Assembly: GCF_006345805.1 (NCBI RefSeq)
Contig: NW_021836761.1
Location: forward strand, 1-22,747
Length of the DNA: 22,747 nt
Reading direction: 5' to 3'
Source of the DNA: Octopus sinensis
Lineage: Eukaryota
Made by a program: the position numbers and the translations under genes. The notes beneath the pieces are model-generated. The model did not search any database. It was not told the DNA's origin and was given only the letters and a program-made list of their open reading frames with translations. Shown one piece after another: positions 8,303-18,055 of this stretch (positions are counted from its first letter, which is position 1; each line of letters starts with the position of its first letter).

Positions 8303-9555
8303 CAGAGTGTCCCAAAAATATGTATACATACTTTAGCAGCTGATAACTCAATTGATGCTTTTCCTTTCCAGATGAAACCCATTGGAATTAATGATGGCAG
8401 TCAGACTAAGCTTTGAACAAAGGAAATTGAAGCTAAAATGCTACTGGAAGTGTGAAAACGCAGTTGAAGTGCAAAGACAGTTTAGGGGGGAGTTTCAAAC
8501 AGATCCATCAACGCGACTTACCATCACTCGAATTAGAGACAAGTTTGAAGCCGATGGAACTATTCAGAATGTCCACGAGAAGCGTTCTGGAAGACCACGA
8601 ACATCGACAACCCCAGCAAAGCAGGAAGGAGTGCTGGGAACGGATCACCAAAGCCCAAGAAAATTTGTGCGACAAGTGAGTCGTGAGGTAGGTGTTCCAA
8701 AATCGTCTGTCCAACGCATTTTGAAGCGTTGTCAATGGAAAAGTAACGTTCTAAGATTAGTCCAAGCTATTAATGTCGAAGATCCAGACCAAAGAGTGCA
8801 GTATTGCGAGTGGTACTTGGCATGATGTGTAGAAGATGCACACTTTTCAACAAAGATTGTGTCACTTTTCAACAAAGATTGTGTGGAGTGATGAGGCCAC
8901 ATTCAAATTAAATGGTTCAATTAACCAGCGCAATAGCACCTACTGGGGACCTGAGAATCCGCATGTTAATTTACCAGGAGTTACAGTGTGGTGTGGCTTA
9001 TCATCAAGAGAATTTATTAGACCATTCTTTTTTGGCGCTACTGTGACTGGTCCCGTTTCCTTGAACTTGCTGCAACAGTCTGTCATGTCAAGCATTAGAG
9101 AAGACTTTGAAGACGAGGAGTTTTATTTTCAGCAAGATGGAGCACCCCCACACTACCATCGCGATGTTAGATCCTTCCTTGATCAGATCTTATCAAACAG
9201 GTGGATCGGACGAAGGGGTTTCATTGAATACCCTCCACTTTCACCAGTCTCACACCACTAGACTTTTTTTGGGGGATACCTAAAAGACAAAGTCTACGCT
9301 ATGAAACCTGCAACACTCGCTGATTTGAGAACAGCCATTGAACGGGAATGCACTCAAATACCTAACAAATTATTTCGTGATGTTTGCGATTCCATTTCTT
9401 CGCGTTGTCCAGCAGCGCCCGGACCAGGACGGACGTCAGTTTGGAAACAGGCGTTGACAAAACAATAAAATAATGTCTGTAAATTCTATTAAATTTTGAA
9501 AATTTAATAAATACCTACTTTACAATTACAAATTATTTAAGTGTGTATAACCCTG
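8303..9555 (+). mobile_element. Tc1/mariner superfamily DNA transposon, DD41D (rosa/VS-type), defective
   Basis: TA at 8301-8302 and 9556-9557. Left TIR CAGAGTGTCCCAAAAATATGTATACATACTTTA; right TIR (reverse complement) CAGGGT-TATACACACTTAA, lacking 14 nt. Confidence 0.88.
8391..9457 (+). pseudogene. DD41D transposase pseudogene
   Basis: N-terminal HTH with SGRPR, then [25 protein letters not shown] and SP(D)LTPLDF; 41 residues between the 2nd and 3rd D after repairing a 1-nt deletion. Lesions: stop at 8823-8825, 22-bp duplication 8841-8884, frameshifts near 9247-9276 and near the C-terminus. Confidence 0.88.
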
Positions 9556-9578
9556 TATATATATATATATATATATAT

Positions 9579-9688
9579 CTTTCAGTGCCCGTCTACCAAA
9601 TCCACTCCCGAGGCTTTAGTTGGCCTGAGGCTATTGTAGGAAACACTTGCTCAAGTGGGACTGAACCAAGTACCATGTGGTTGGGAAG

Positions 9689-9691
<3 letters not shown>
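9579..9691 (-). mobile_element. Old SINE family A, 5' (head) fragment, partner of 8134-8290
   Basis: CTTTCAGT..CCGTCTACCAAATCCACTC ... GGGACTGAACC..ACCATGTGGTTGG matches minus-strand A heads. Confidence 0.75.
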
Positions 9692-9741
<50 letters not shown>

Positions 9742-9761
9742 CATACATACGTACACACACA

Positions 9762-11165
9762 TCGTATTTAGGGATGTTCTCTGGATTGTCCTTAGAAAAG
9801 TAGATGTTTCCGGAAAGATGCTCAATGTCATCATTTCTTTCCATCTAGGGATGATGGCTTCTGTCAGAAATAGCGGGAAAGTGTTTGTTTCATTCTCAGT
9901 CTCTAATGAGACATAACAAGGATGTGTTCTTGCACCGCTCTTATCTGCTTTGTATTTCTCTTTCATGTTGGAAACAGTGTTCGAGGGTGTTAAAGAAGGA
10001 GTAAAGCTTGAGTACAGAACTGGTGGTGGCAAAAACTAAGACTTTGGTGCAAGCAGTTCGATATTTGCTCTTCCCAGACGATTGTGCACTTGTAGCACAC
10101 ACTCTTGAAGACATAGAACGGATTCTAAACAACTTCTCGCGTGCATCGGAAGCTTTTTGTCTGACCATCAGCATCAAGAAAACAGTGTTTGTCCATCAGC
10201 CCATTCGTGAATATCTTCCCGCTGTTGCCCCTACTGTATATGTTGATGGCAAAGCATTAAAAACTGTTTCCTTCTTCAGTTATCTTGGTTCCATTGTGTC
10301 CAATGTTGCTAAGATGGATAAAGAAATTCAATCCAGGATCGGAAAGGCTAGCTCCGCTTTCGGTAAGCTTTATCACAGGCTTTGGAACAGCCATGATGTA
10401 TCGTTGAAGGTGAAAATAGATGTACATAAGTCGGTGGTCTTGACAACATTGCTTTATGGTATTGAATTTTGGACTCTGTGCCAAAAACACATAAACTAGC
10501 TTGACGCTTTTCATACGCGATGCTTGCGAACTATCTCCAACATAAAACTGAGTGACCTTATTCATAACAGTGAGGTACCAAGAAAATACAAAACATCAGG
10601 TATTGAAGCCATTCTCATAAAAATACAGCTTAGATGGTCGGATAATCTCTGAGGGATGAGTGATATCAGAATCCGAGCAACTTCTCTTAGGTCAATTTCC
10701 AATAGGCAGGTCAGTTGGATGACCACTCTTCCGCTTCAGAGACAAACTAAAAGACAATCTGAAGCGATGCAACATTCTTCTTTTTTTCCTGGGAAAGCAA
10801 AGCACCAGAACGCAGGACCTGGTGCCAATCCCGCTTCTTCTCAGTTCAAAGACTTGAGCAAAGCCGATTCCAGCATCGGGACTAACTTGATGCAAGCATG
10901 AAGGCACGCTGGCAAAACGCTGCTTGTCTAAATGGAAACCTTACCTGTCATTGTAGTTTTGTGGCACGATGCAAAGCAGGCCTTGCCGTCCACTCAAGAA
11001 AACACATAGTAAATGATCCACAAGCAGTCAAGTAAAGTGAGTCCTCAACTTGTTCCATTTACCAAAAGGTTTGCAAAAATACCAGTAGACCCCGTGTACG
11101 TAGAATATGATTACTGATTTATTTTACTGAACACTCATTTTGTCGTTCACAAGAGAATTCATCAT
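9762..11165 (+). mobile_element. 5'-truncated RTE-clade (BovB-like) LINE: decayed ORF2 RT, C-terminus and 3' UTR
   Basis: *QGCVLAP, LLFPDDCAL (10071-10082; the YADD motif), FSYLGS, RIGKASSAFGKL, VVLTTLLYGIEFW, and a terminal CHC...CKAGLAVHSRKH zinc-finger-like motif (10946-11005). Multiple stops and frameshifts. Confidence 0.9.
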
Positions 11166-11205
11166 ATAAATACACATACACATACTCTCTCTCTCTCCTC
11201 TCTTC

Positions 11206-11246
<41 letters not shown>

Positions 11247-11286
11247 CATATAATATATATATTATATTATATATATATATATATAT

Positions 11287-11422
11287 GATACATGCCACGA
11301 TATACGAGTTAATTCATTCCAGAGAACGCTCGTAAACCGAAAACTCGTAAATAGAATAAATTGCAAAAGCTTGTAAACTCGACATCTCGTAAAATGGGAG
11401 CTCGTAAAGTGAGGTATTACTG
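11287..11422. mobile_element. Small pogo/Tigger-type MITE
   Basis: Right end GAGGTATTACTG followed by TA. Five CT(C/T)GTAAA subterminal repeats at 11329, 11344, 11370, 11386 and 11401. The left end is degenerate. Confidence 0.55.
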
Positions 11423-11720
11423 TATATACAATCATACTTCATCCTAGATCGTTAATTTGTTCCAGAGGACACGACTTGAGTCGAAATAACCATTATTTAA
11501 ATGTAAATACATGTAATAATTAAAGCCTAGTCTAACCTAGGTTGTTTTTATGTTAGCCTACGGATTCGATAAATTGTTAGGCAAGTCGAGGCTGTTTTTA
11601 TATTTGAAAGAAATAACTTCTAATACTGTACCGTTGCTTACGTGATGGCTGGCGTCGGTGTGACTCATTGAGGCTAGTGTAGGAGGAGGCGGAGCTGACT
11701 CCTGGTTCGATGGTGTAGAT

Positions 11721-11921
11721 CAGTGGTTTTCAACCAGGGTTCCGCCAGTACAGTCCAGGTGTTCCGCAAGAAGTTACAAAACTGCTAAAATCGGCAGTAA
11801 TTTTTAATTCTCCCGTGCAGATATGTGTGCATAAGACTATTAAATTATTTCACAGGGGTTCCTCGAGCCAGTGGAATGTTTCCTTGGGGTTCCGCTCCAG
11901 CAAAAAGTTTGAAAAGCACTG
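11721..11921. mobile_element. hAT (Buster/Charlie-type) MITE, 201 bp
   Basis: TIRs CAGTGGTTTTCAAC / CAGTGCTTTTCAAAC; perfect 8-bp TSD GTGTAGAT at 11713-11720 and 11922-11929, with a central TA. Confidence 0.92.
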
Positions 11922-12046
11922 GTGTAGATCGTTGTGCGAACTTGTCTAAAGTTCCTTGAATTGTCTTTTTTTTTCTCTTCAAGGATTTGGTAATAAGGCG
12001 CAATAGTATCTTGACAACCCACCAATATTTTTACAAAACGTTTTTT

Positions 12047-12447
12047 AAGGCGGCGAGCTGGCAGAAACGTTAGCACGCTGGGTAAAATGCTTAGCGGTAT
12101 TTCGTCTGCCGTTACATTCTGAGTTCAAACTCCGCCGAAGTCGTCTTCGCCTTTCATCCTTTCGGGGTCGATAAACTAAATACCAGTTACGTACTGGGAA
12201 CGATCTAATCGACTTAATCCGTTTGTCTGTCCTTGTTTGTTCCCTCTGTGTTTAGCCCCTTTTGGGTAGTAAAGAAATAGGCATTTCGTCTGTCTTTATG
12301 TTCTGAGTTCAAATTCCGCCAAAGTCGACTTCGCCTTTCATCCTTTCGGGGTCGATAAACTAAGTACCAGTTACGTACTGGGAACGATCTAATCGACTGC
12401 CCCCCCCCCCCCCCCAAAAAAAAAAAAATTTCGACCATTGTGCCTAG
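12047..12447 (+). mobile_element. Dimeric SINE family B
   Basis: Head AAGGCGGCGAGCTGGCAGAA, B box GAGTTCAAACTCC and a Deu/Nin-like core; the body is repeated from about 12280 with a different tail. Confidence 0.88.
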
Positions 12448-12607
12448 AGGAGTGGCTGTGTGGTAAGTAGCTTGTTTACCAACCACATGGTCCGGGGTTC
12501 AGTCCAACTGCGTGGCACCTTGGGCAAGTGTCTTCTACTATAGCCTCGGGTCGACCAAAGCCTTGTGAGTGGATTTGGTCGACGGAAACTGAAAGAAGCC
12601 CGTCGTA

Positions 12608-12650
<43 letters not shown>

Positions 12651-12883
12651 TATATATACGTGTGTGCGTTTGTGTGTCTGTGTTTGTCCCCCTAGCATTG
12701 CTTGACAACCGATGCTGGTGTGTTTATGTCTCCGTTACTTAGCGGTTCGGCACAAGAGACCGATAGAATAAGTACTGAGCTTACAAGAGAATAAGTCCCG
12801 GGGTCGAGTTGCTCGATTAAAGGCGGTGCTCCAGCATGGCCGCAGTCAGATGACTGAAACAAGTAAAAGAGTAAAAGAGTAAA
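12448..12883 (+). mobile_element. Near-complete SINE family A
   Basis: Head, CORE-like domain, (TA)n(TG)n spacer, body and (TAAAAGAG)n tail; the first ~5 nt are missing. Confidence 0.92.
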
Positions 12884-13236
12884 TAAAGAATATTTTTTAC
12901 AAATAAAGCAAGACATTTATCTAAATGAGAAAAAGCCTCTTGCATTTTCTTCAACGTAAAACGACAAGGCCCAGGATCAGGATTTCCTTCTTCTTCTTCC
13001 TTTTCCTGTTGTTCATGAAGTTCCATCAACTCTTCGTTTTTCAGGAGCTGTTTATCTTTCTCAAATAATTCATTAAAATCTTGTTCTTCCGACTCCGTTT
13101 CCAGTTCATTACTCAACTGCACCAAGGTCATGTTCCTAATTGTCAAAGCCCTTAAAGTCATTGACATATTGTGGGCACAGCTTTTCCCACACACCATTCA
13201 TAGCCGTGCTCTTCATCTCCTTTCACGCAGCTGCTA

Positions 13237-13550
13237 TACTCTTTACTCTTTTACTTGTTTCAGTCATTTGACTGTGGCCATGGTGGAGCACCGCCTTTAA
13301 TTGAGCAACTCGACCCCGGGACTTATTCTTTTGTAAGCCCAGTACTTATTCTATCGGTCTCTTTTGCCGAACCGCTAAGTAACGGGGATATAAACACACC
13401 AGCATCGGTTGTCAAGCAATGCTAGAGGGACAAACACAGACACACAAACACACAAACGCATATATATACATACATACATACATATATACGACGGGCTTCT
13501 TTCAGTTTCCGTCTACCAAATCCACCCACAAGGCTTTGGTCGGCCCGAAG
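13237..13550 (-). mobile_element. SINE family A lacking its tRNA head
   Basis: Tail to GGTCGGCCCGA, then a direct junction to Tigger DDE sequence. Confidence 0.88.
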
Positions 13551-14155
13551 AGATACCTTGGGTATGTTCTTAAGAACTCGGAGGTTCAGTTCGTGATATA
13601 CAAGCAGCGGTTTTGGCGTGCTATCGCCTGCACAGTTGCCTCCCACCATTAAGATCAAACGATAGCCAGGAATTATTTTCTCTTCTCTGGATATGAAAGA
13701 ACGATCTGATAATTTCTTCCAGTAAGTACCGGTCTCATCAACATTGAATCTTTGTTCGGGTAGAAATCCATTATCTTCAATAATCTTCGCTGATGTAGCA
13801 GGAAATTCCGCTGTAGCAACATCGTCAGCTGATGCCCTTACACCTAGTTTTTCGAGAGAGTGCAAATTCTGCCGCTGCTTAAACCTCATGAACCAGCCCT
13901 GATTTTCATTAAATTCTACGTCTTTCTCATCTCTTTACTCTTTTACTCTTTTACTTGTTTCAGTCATTTGACTGCGGCTATGCCGGAGCACCGCCTTTAG
14001 TCGAGCAACTCAACCCCGGGACTTATTCATTGTAAGCCCAATACTTATTCTATCGGTCTCTTTTGCCGAACCGCTAAGTAACGGGGACATAAACACACCA
14101 GCATCGGTTGTCAAGCAATGCTAGGGGGACAAACACAGACACACAAACACACACA

Positions 14156-14193
<38 letters not shown>

Positions 14194-14340
14194 TATATAC
14201 GACGGGCTTCTTTCAGTTTCCATCTACCAAATCCACTCACAAGGCTTTGGTCGGCCCGAGGCTATAGTAGAAGACACTTGCCCAAGGTGCCATGCAGTGG
14301 GACTGAACCCGGAACCATGTGGTTGGTAAACAAGCTACTT

Positions 14341-16483
14341 TATTTCAACAATTTTGCCACTAGGGCAGTACACAGAGTAGCTACGGGCTGGACAAAGACA
14401 TTAATGGATGATGGTGGTGGTGGATGAAGATGGTGATGGGAGAAGTCAAAAAGCGCCCGCCGACTTCCGCTTCCCTAAGACATTGTTCTTTTTTTTAATA
14501 AGTTCAATTTTCTTTTTTCTTTAGTTTCAATAAATCGACATGAGGTTGCAAACCTCTTACACGAAGGAGGCACTAAAACCTCTTACAAAGTTCTTCTTTT
14601 CATTTCTTTTGCCACAAGGGCAGTATATGAATTCACAAAAATTCTCCCTGTCAGGTCCCCGAAGCAAATTGTCTTGCCGCCTGCAGACAACTCTGCGACG
14701 ACAAGTCGAGGCCTGCAAAGAGAAAAGTAAAATGTTTCCTCTCAAAGGTCTTTGTGACCCTTGACAAAATGTTTTCCGTTACTACCTCCGCAGCTACCCA
14801 CGGAGGCCATAACGGACTCCTTGAGCTGACCGTGTCCTTGCGTTCTCGGTCACCCAAGCCATTCAAAAACTTTTCCACCTTCCCTCCCTTGTGGTGAAGG
14901 AGGAGAAACAACTCTCTTCACAGGAAGGGACCTCACACTGATCCGTCAGTGGCACACTTTCCACTGACAGAGCACTGTCCGCGGGTGGCACACGTCCCAC
15001 CCGCGGCTCCGTCGGCGACACAGAAACGTCAGCCGTCCGACCTCTTTTTCTTTTTTTTTTCCTCTTTTTTTTAGAGGCTGCTGCTACCCGGGGGGCTCCT
15101 TCGGCAGACACGGGGGGTCGCTATCCTCCTCCTCCGTCTGTACGTTCTTTGGTGAGCAACCATTGTTGCTCACCTGTCTTTTTCTTCGTGGAGGCAACCT
15201 CCTCCACGACTTCCACCGTCTCCCCCTCCAATGAGGGGGCAGCGGGCACCTTTTCCTTTTCATGCTCCGGGGCAGCACCACGGCCACCGGGACACTTCCT
15301 CTTGATATGTCCAGGCTCCAGGCACAGGTGACACTTGGGGGGGGGGGGCGTCCTCAAGCATCACCGGATACCTGTACCCGGCCATCCTCAAAAAGTCCGG
15401 TAAAACCAGACTTTTGGCTGACTGGGTCCATAGGGTCAAAACAGCTCTTGACCCCTCCCAATCAGCCGCAGGCTGTACTTTTACGTTCAGTAGCTTGGAA
15501 CTGCTACCATCCAAGCCCCGGCGGATAGAGTCCTCTATTCACTCGGGCTCAACGCCTGGTGGTAAGCCGCAGATCCAAGCTCTCAACAATTTTTCTCCCT
15601 TGTAATTTGGGAGAAACAATATTTGTTTGCCCTCAATAGGCTGGCTTGCAAATTCGCAAGCTGCTTTAGGAGAGTCAAATAGCAACCAAACCGTTGCGTA
15701 TTTAACTCCCCGTGCGATATATTTAACGGCTGGCATGTAGTCTGCCAGCTCGTTAACAATAGTGGCCTTTGGAAAGACTGCTATGGTGTCGAGCGACTTC
15801 GAATATGTCCTCAGCACCACGGTCTTTTCCTCGAGCTCATTCAAATATTTTTTGGGAGGTGTCAAATCCCACACAGTGAATTTCTTTGCCATAACGTAAG
15901 ATTTAAAAACAGTTCAAAATGTGATAAAATAAAATAAGACACAGAAAGGAGAATGAAAAATACAACAGAAGGGAAGAAATAAAATTAGAAATAGCAGTTC
16001 AAAAAAAGTTCTTTTTTAAAAAAATAAATGATAGACGGAGAAAGAGAGTTCAAATCCAGACAAAGGAATTAATTTTTTCTTTTTTTTTTGTTTTCACTTT
16101 TTTCGGCCAAAAAATTGTATTCCAGGCCAAATGCACAGTTGGTAAAACACCTTGATAAAATAATCCTTGGTACTCCTTGGTAATTCCCGTGGATAACACA
16201 AAGAATTTTTGCAGACGGACTACGCCGCTTTAAAAATACAATTCTCACTGCAAAGTGAGTCTTTACACTCGACAACAGGCAGAAAAATTATATCTGGAGC
16301 AAAGTGGAGTTTATTATCTGCTAAAAAATATTAAATGCTAAAAAACATTAAATGCAAGTAATAGACTTCACTAAGCTCCCAAAAATACAAAACGCCTACC
16401 TGTAGTCGAGTCAAAAGTTCAACAATTCACGTTAAAACGTGACATTTGCCGGAGCGAAAAAAAAACGCGTCCGTTCGGTGAGA
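14341..16483 (-). mobile_element. ORF1-only non-LTR retroelement (HAL1-like, L1/Tx1-type ORF1), 2143 bp
   Basis: 9-bp TSD AAGCTACTT at 14332-14340 and 16484-16492. It has a ~590-nt 5' UTR, one gag-like ORF and a ~215-nt 3' UTR, with AATAAA at the 3' junction. No LTRs and no APE or RT motifs seen. Confidence 0.72.
14557..15892 (-). pseudogene. Gag/ORF1-like nucleic-acid chaperone (RRM-like region + CCHC zinc knuckle + basic tract), disrupted
   Basis: MAKKFTVW..YATVWLLFDSPKAACEF..LRAWICGLPPGVEPE*IEDSIRRGL.. continues in frame past TGA 15539-15541. After a frameshift in a G run (~15337-15348) come CHLCLEPGHIKRKC (15292-15333) and KKKRKKKRKR. The C-terminal frames are uncertain. Confidence 0.75.
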
Positions 16484-17081
16484 AAGCTACTTACCACACA
16501 GCCACTCCTGCGCCTATCTGGATATTTCTTTTTCAAATCTTCAAACAAAGACAATGCTTTCTCCTAAATTATTTCCAGACTACAATTTGCTTGCTGACGA
16601 TTCTGCCTTTCAACCCAAAGGGCAAGAAGCTGCTCGATCTCTTCGTAAATTCGTCCTCTTAATTGTTGATGATGGTGTTTTTCATCTCTGGAGCATCATC
16701 TTTCACATGTGCCATAATCCCATCTCAATCATACGCAGTCGTTGACACAGTTGTTATGGCTCATCCCAAACGGTTGACCGATGGCTACACTCTTTTCACC
16801 CTTTTCATATAGTTTTATCCACTTTATCTTCCAACAATATGGCTTAACGCTTACCGTTTTCACTCAGATTCTTCTTTTGAGCCATGGAGCTAAATTATAA
16901 ATCAGAAAAATAATTGTACAAAATTCTATAGTACAGTAAACAGATTTGGAAAGCTCGCGGCTGGAGCACTAATGCCACCTATCGGAAAACATGTGAACTA
17001 GTACACTTGTTCCGATTTGTATTACCATTAACCTGTAACTTTTAATGTTTCTGTTTTTAAATGGATTTTAATTGTTTATAA

Positions 17082-17493
17082 TACTCTTTTACTCTTTACT
17101 CTTTTACTTGTTTCAATCATTTGACTGCGGCCATGCTGGAGCATCGCCTTTAATCGAGCAACTCGACCCCGGGACTTATTCTTTTGTAAGCCCAGTACTT
17201 ATTCTATCGGTCTCTTTTGCCGAACCGCTAAGTAACGGGGACATAAACACACCAGCATCGGTTGTCAAGCAATGCTAGGGGGACAAACACAGACGCACAA
17301 ACACACATACATACATATATATACATATACTACAGGCTTCTTTCAGTTTCCGTCTACCAAATCCACTCACAAGGCAATGGTCAGCCCGAGACTATAGTAG
17401 AAGACACTTGCCCAAGGTGCCACGCAGTGGGACTGAACCCGGAATCATGTGGTTGGTAAACAAGCTACTTACCAGACAGCCACTCCTGCGCCT
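17082..17493 (-). mobile_element. Complete SINE family A in the Tigger 5' region
   Basis: Tail to head ending CCACTCCTGCGCC; no clear TSD. Confidence 0.92.
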
Positions 17494-17762
17494 GTATTTT
17501 AACATTAATGTTAATATGCTATACAGTTTATATGCTTCTATTGCATTTTCATTTATTTCCCGGACACGAATACGAACGTAATCAATCGGTTCAACCTGGA
17601 ACTAACAGTACAGTATAGTATGAACGTTATTGCTGTTATGCCAGGCGACGTAAAGTAATACTGTATTTGATATTTATTTAATATTTTAGAAAGACCGACG
17701 TATCTTCGGAAATGACCTAAGTCGACACGACTTAATCAGAGGTATTTGTGTGCACGCGCGAG

Positions 17763-17799
<37 letters not shown>

Positions 17800-18055
17800 G
17801 GAGGCGCAATGGCCCAGTGGTTAGGGCAGACCGGGCGTTGTGTGTGTTTATTGAGCGAAAACACCTAAAAAGCTCCACGAGGCTCTGGCAGGGGTGGTGA
17901 TCCCTGCTGTACTCTTTCACCACTCCTCCTCTCACTCTTTCTTCTGTTGGCTTGCTCGCTTAGCCAGCGGGGTGGCGTCATTCGAAGGTTAAAACAATGC
18001 AAACGCATTGTGACCAGCGATGTGTAACAACATCTGATGGTCTGGTCGGTCACGG

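Larger units (their letters stand above)
13933..16515 (-). mobile_element. SINE family A (13933-14340 + 16493-16515) split in its tRNA head by a 2.14-kb retroelement
   Basis: The 4-bp duplication ATCT lies at 13929-13932 and 16516-16519; removing the SINE restores the Tigger reading KKYPDEKDVEF. Confidence 0.9.
11930..16895 (-). pseudogene. Tigger/pogo transposase pseudogene in four segments
   Basis: 16895-16516: MAQK..IKLYEKGEKSVAIG..EEIEQLLALWVE..EKALSLFEDLKKKYPD (CENP-B-like HTHs). 13932-13550: EKDVEF..GWFMRFKQR..ASADD..FNVDETG..WKK..GGNCAG..KPLLVY (DDE start). 13236-12895: MNGVW..ELMELHEQ..FTLKKMQEAFSHL. 12045-11930: RFVKI..IAPYYQILEEKKK. Confidence 0.88.
11429..17750 (-). mobile_element. 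pogo/Tigger DNA transposon fragmented by at least seven later insertions
   Basis: Native pieces at about 11429-11720, 11922-12046, 12884-13236, 13550-13932, 16516-17081 and 17494-17750. They are colinear and read N->C on the minus strand. Degenerate TIRs CAATCATACTTC / CACAAATACCTC. Confidence 0.82.

Noticed and set aside
12024-12903. AATATTTTT(T)ACAAA on both sides of the SINE B/A block as a TSD
   Set aside because: The left copy is separated from the SINE start by about 10 nt, and both copies can be read as Tigger coding sequence; AT-rich chance similarity is likely.
14540-14764. Plus-strand 74-aa ORF and other short ORFs overlapping TEs (e.g. 15149-15605, 16554-16745, 10257-10565)
   Set aside because: They are antisense shadows of TE coding remnants, with no independent motif.
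14341-16483. LTR retrotransposon gag, or a host zinc-knuckle gene exon
   Set aside because: No terminal direct repeats, PBS or PPT. The 9-bp TSD and terminal AATAAA indicate non-LTR retroposition, and the frame is disrupted.
275-17830. tRNA genes at the A/B-box motifs (e.g. 276-340, 1925-1990, 7060-7128, 12049-12135)
   Set aside because: The acceptor stems do not close, and each motif continues into a repeated SINE body.
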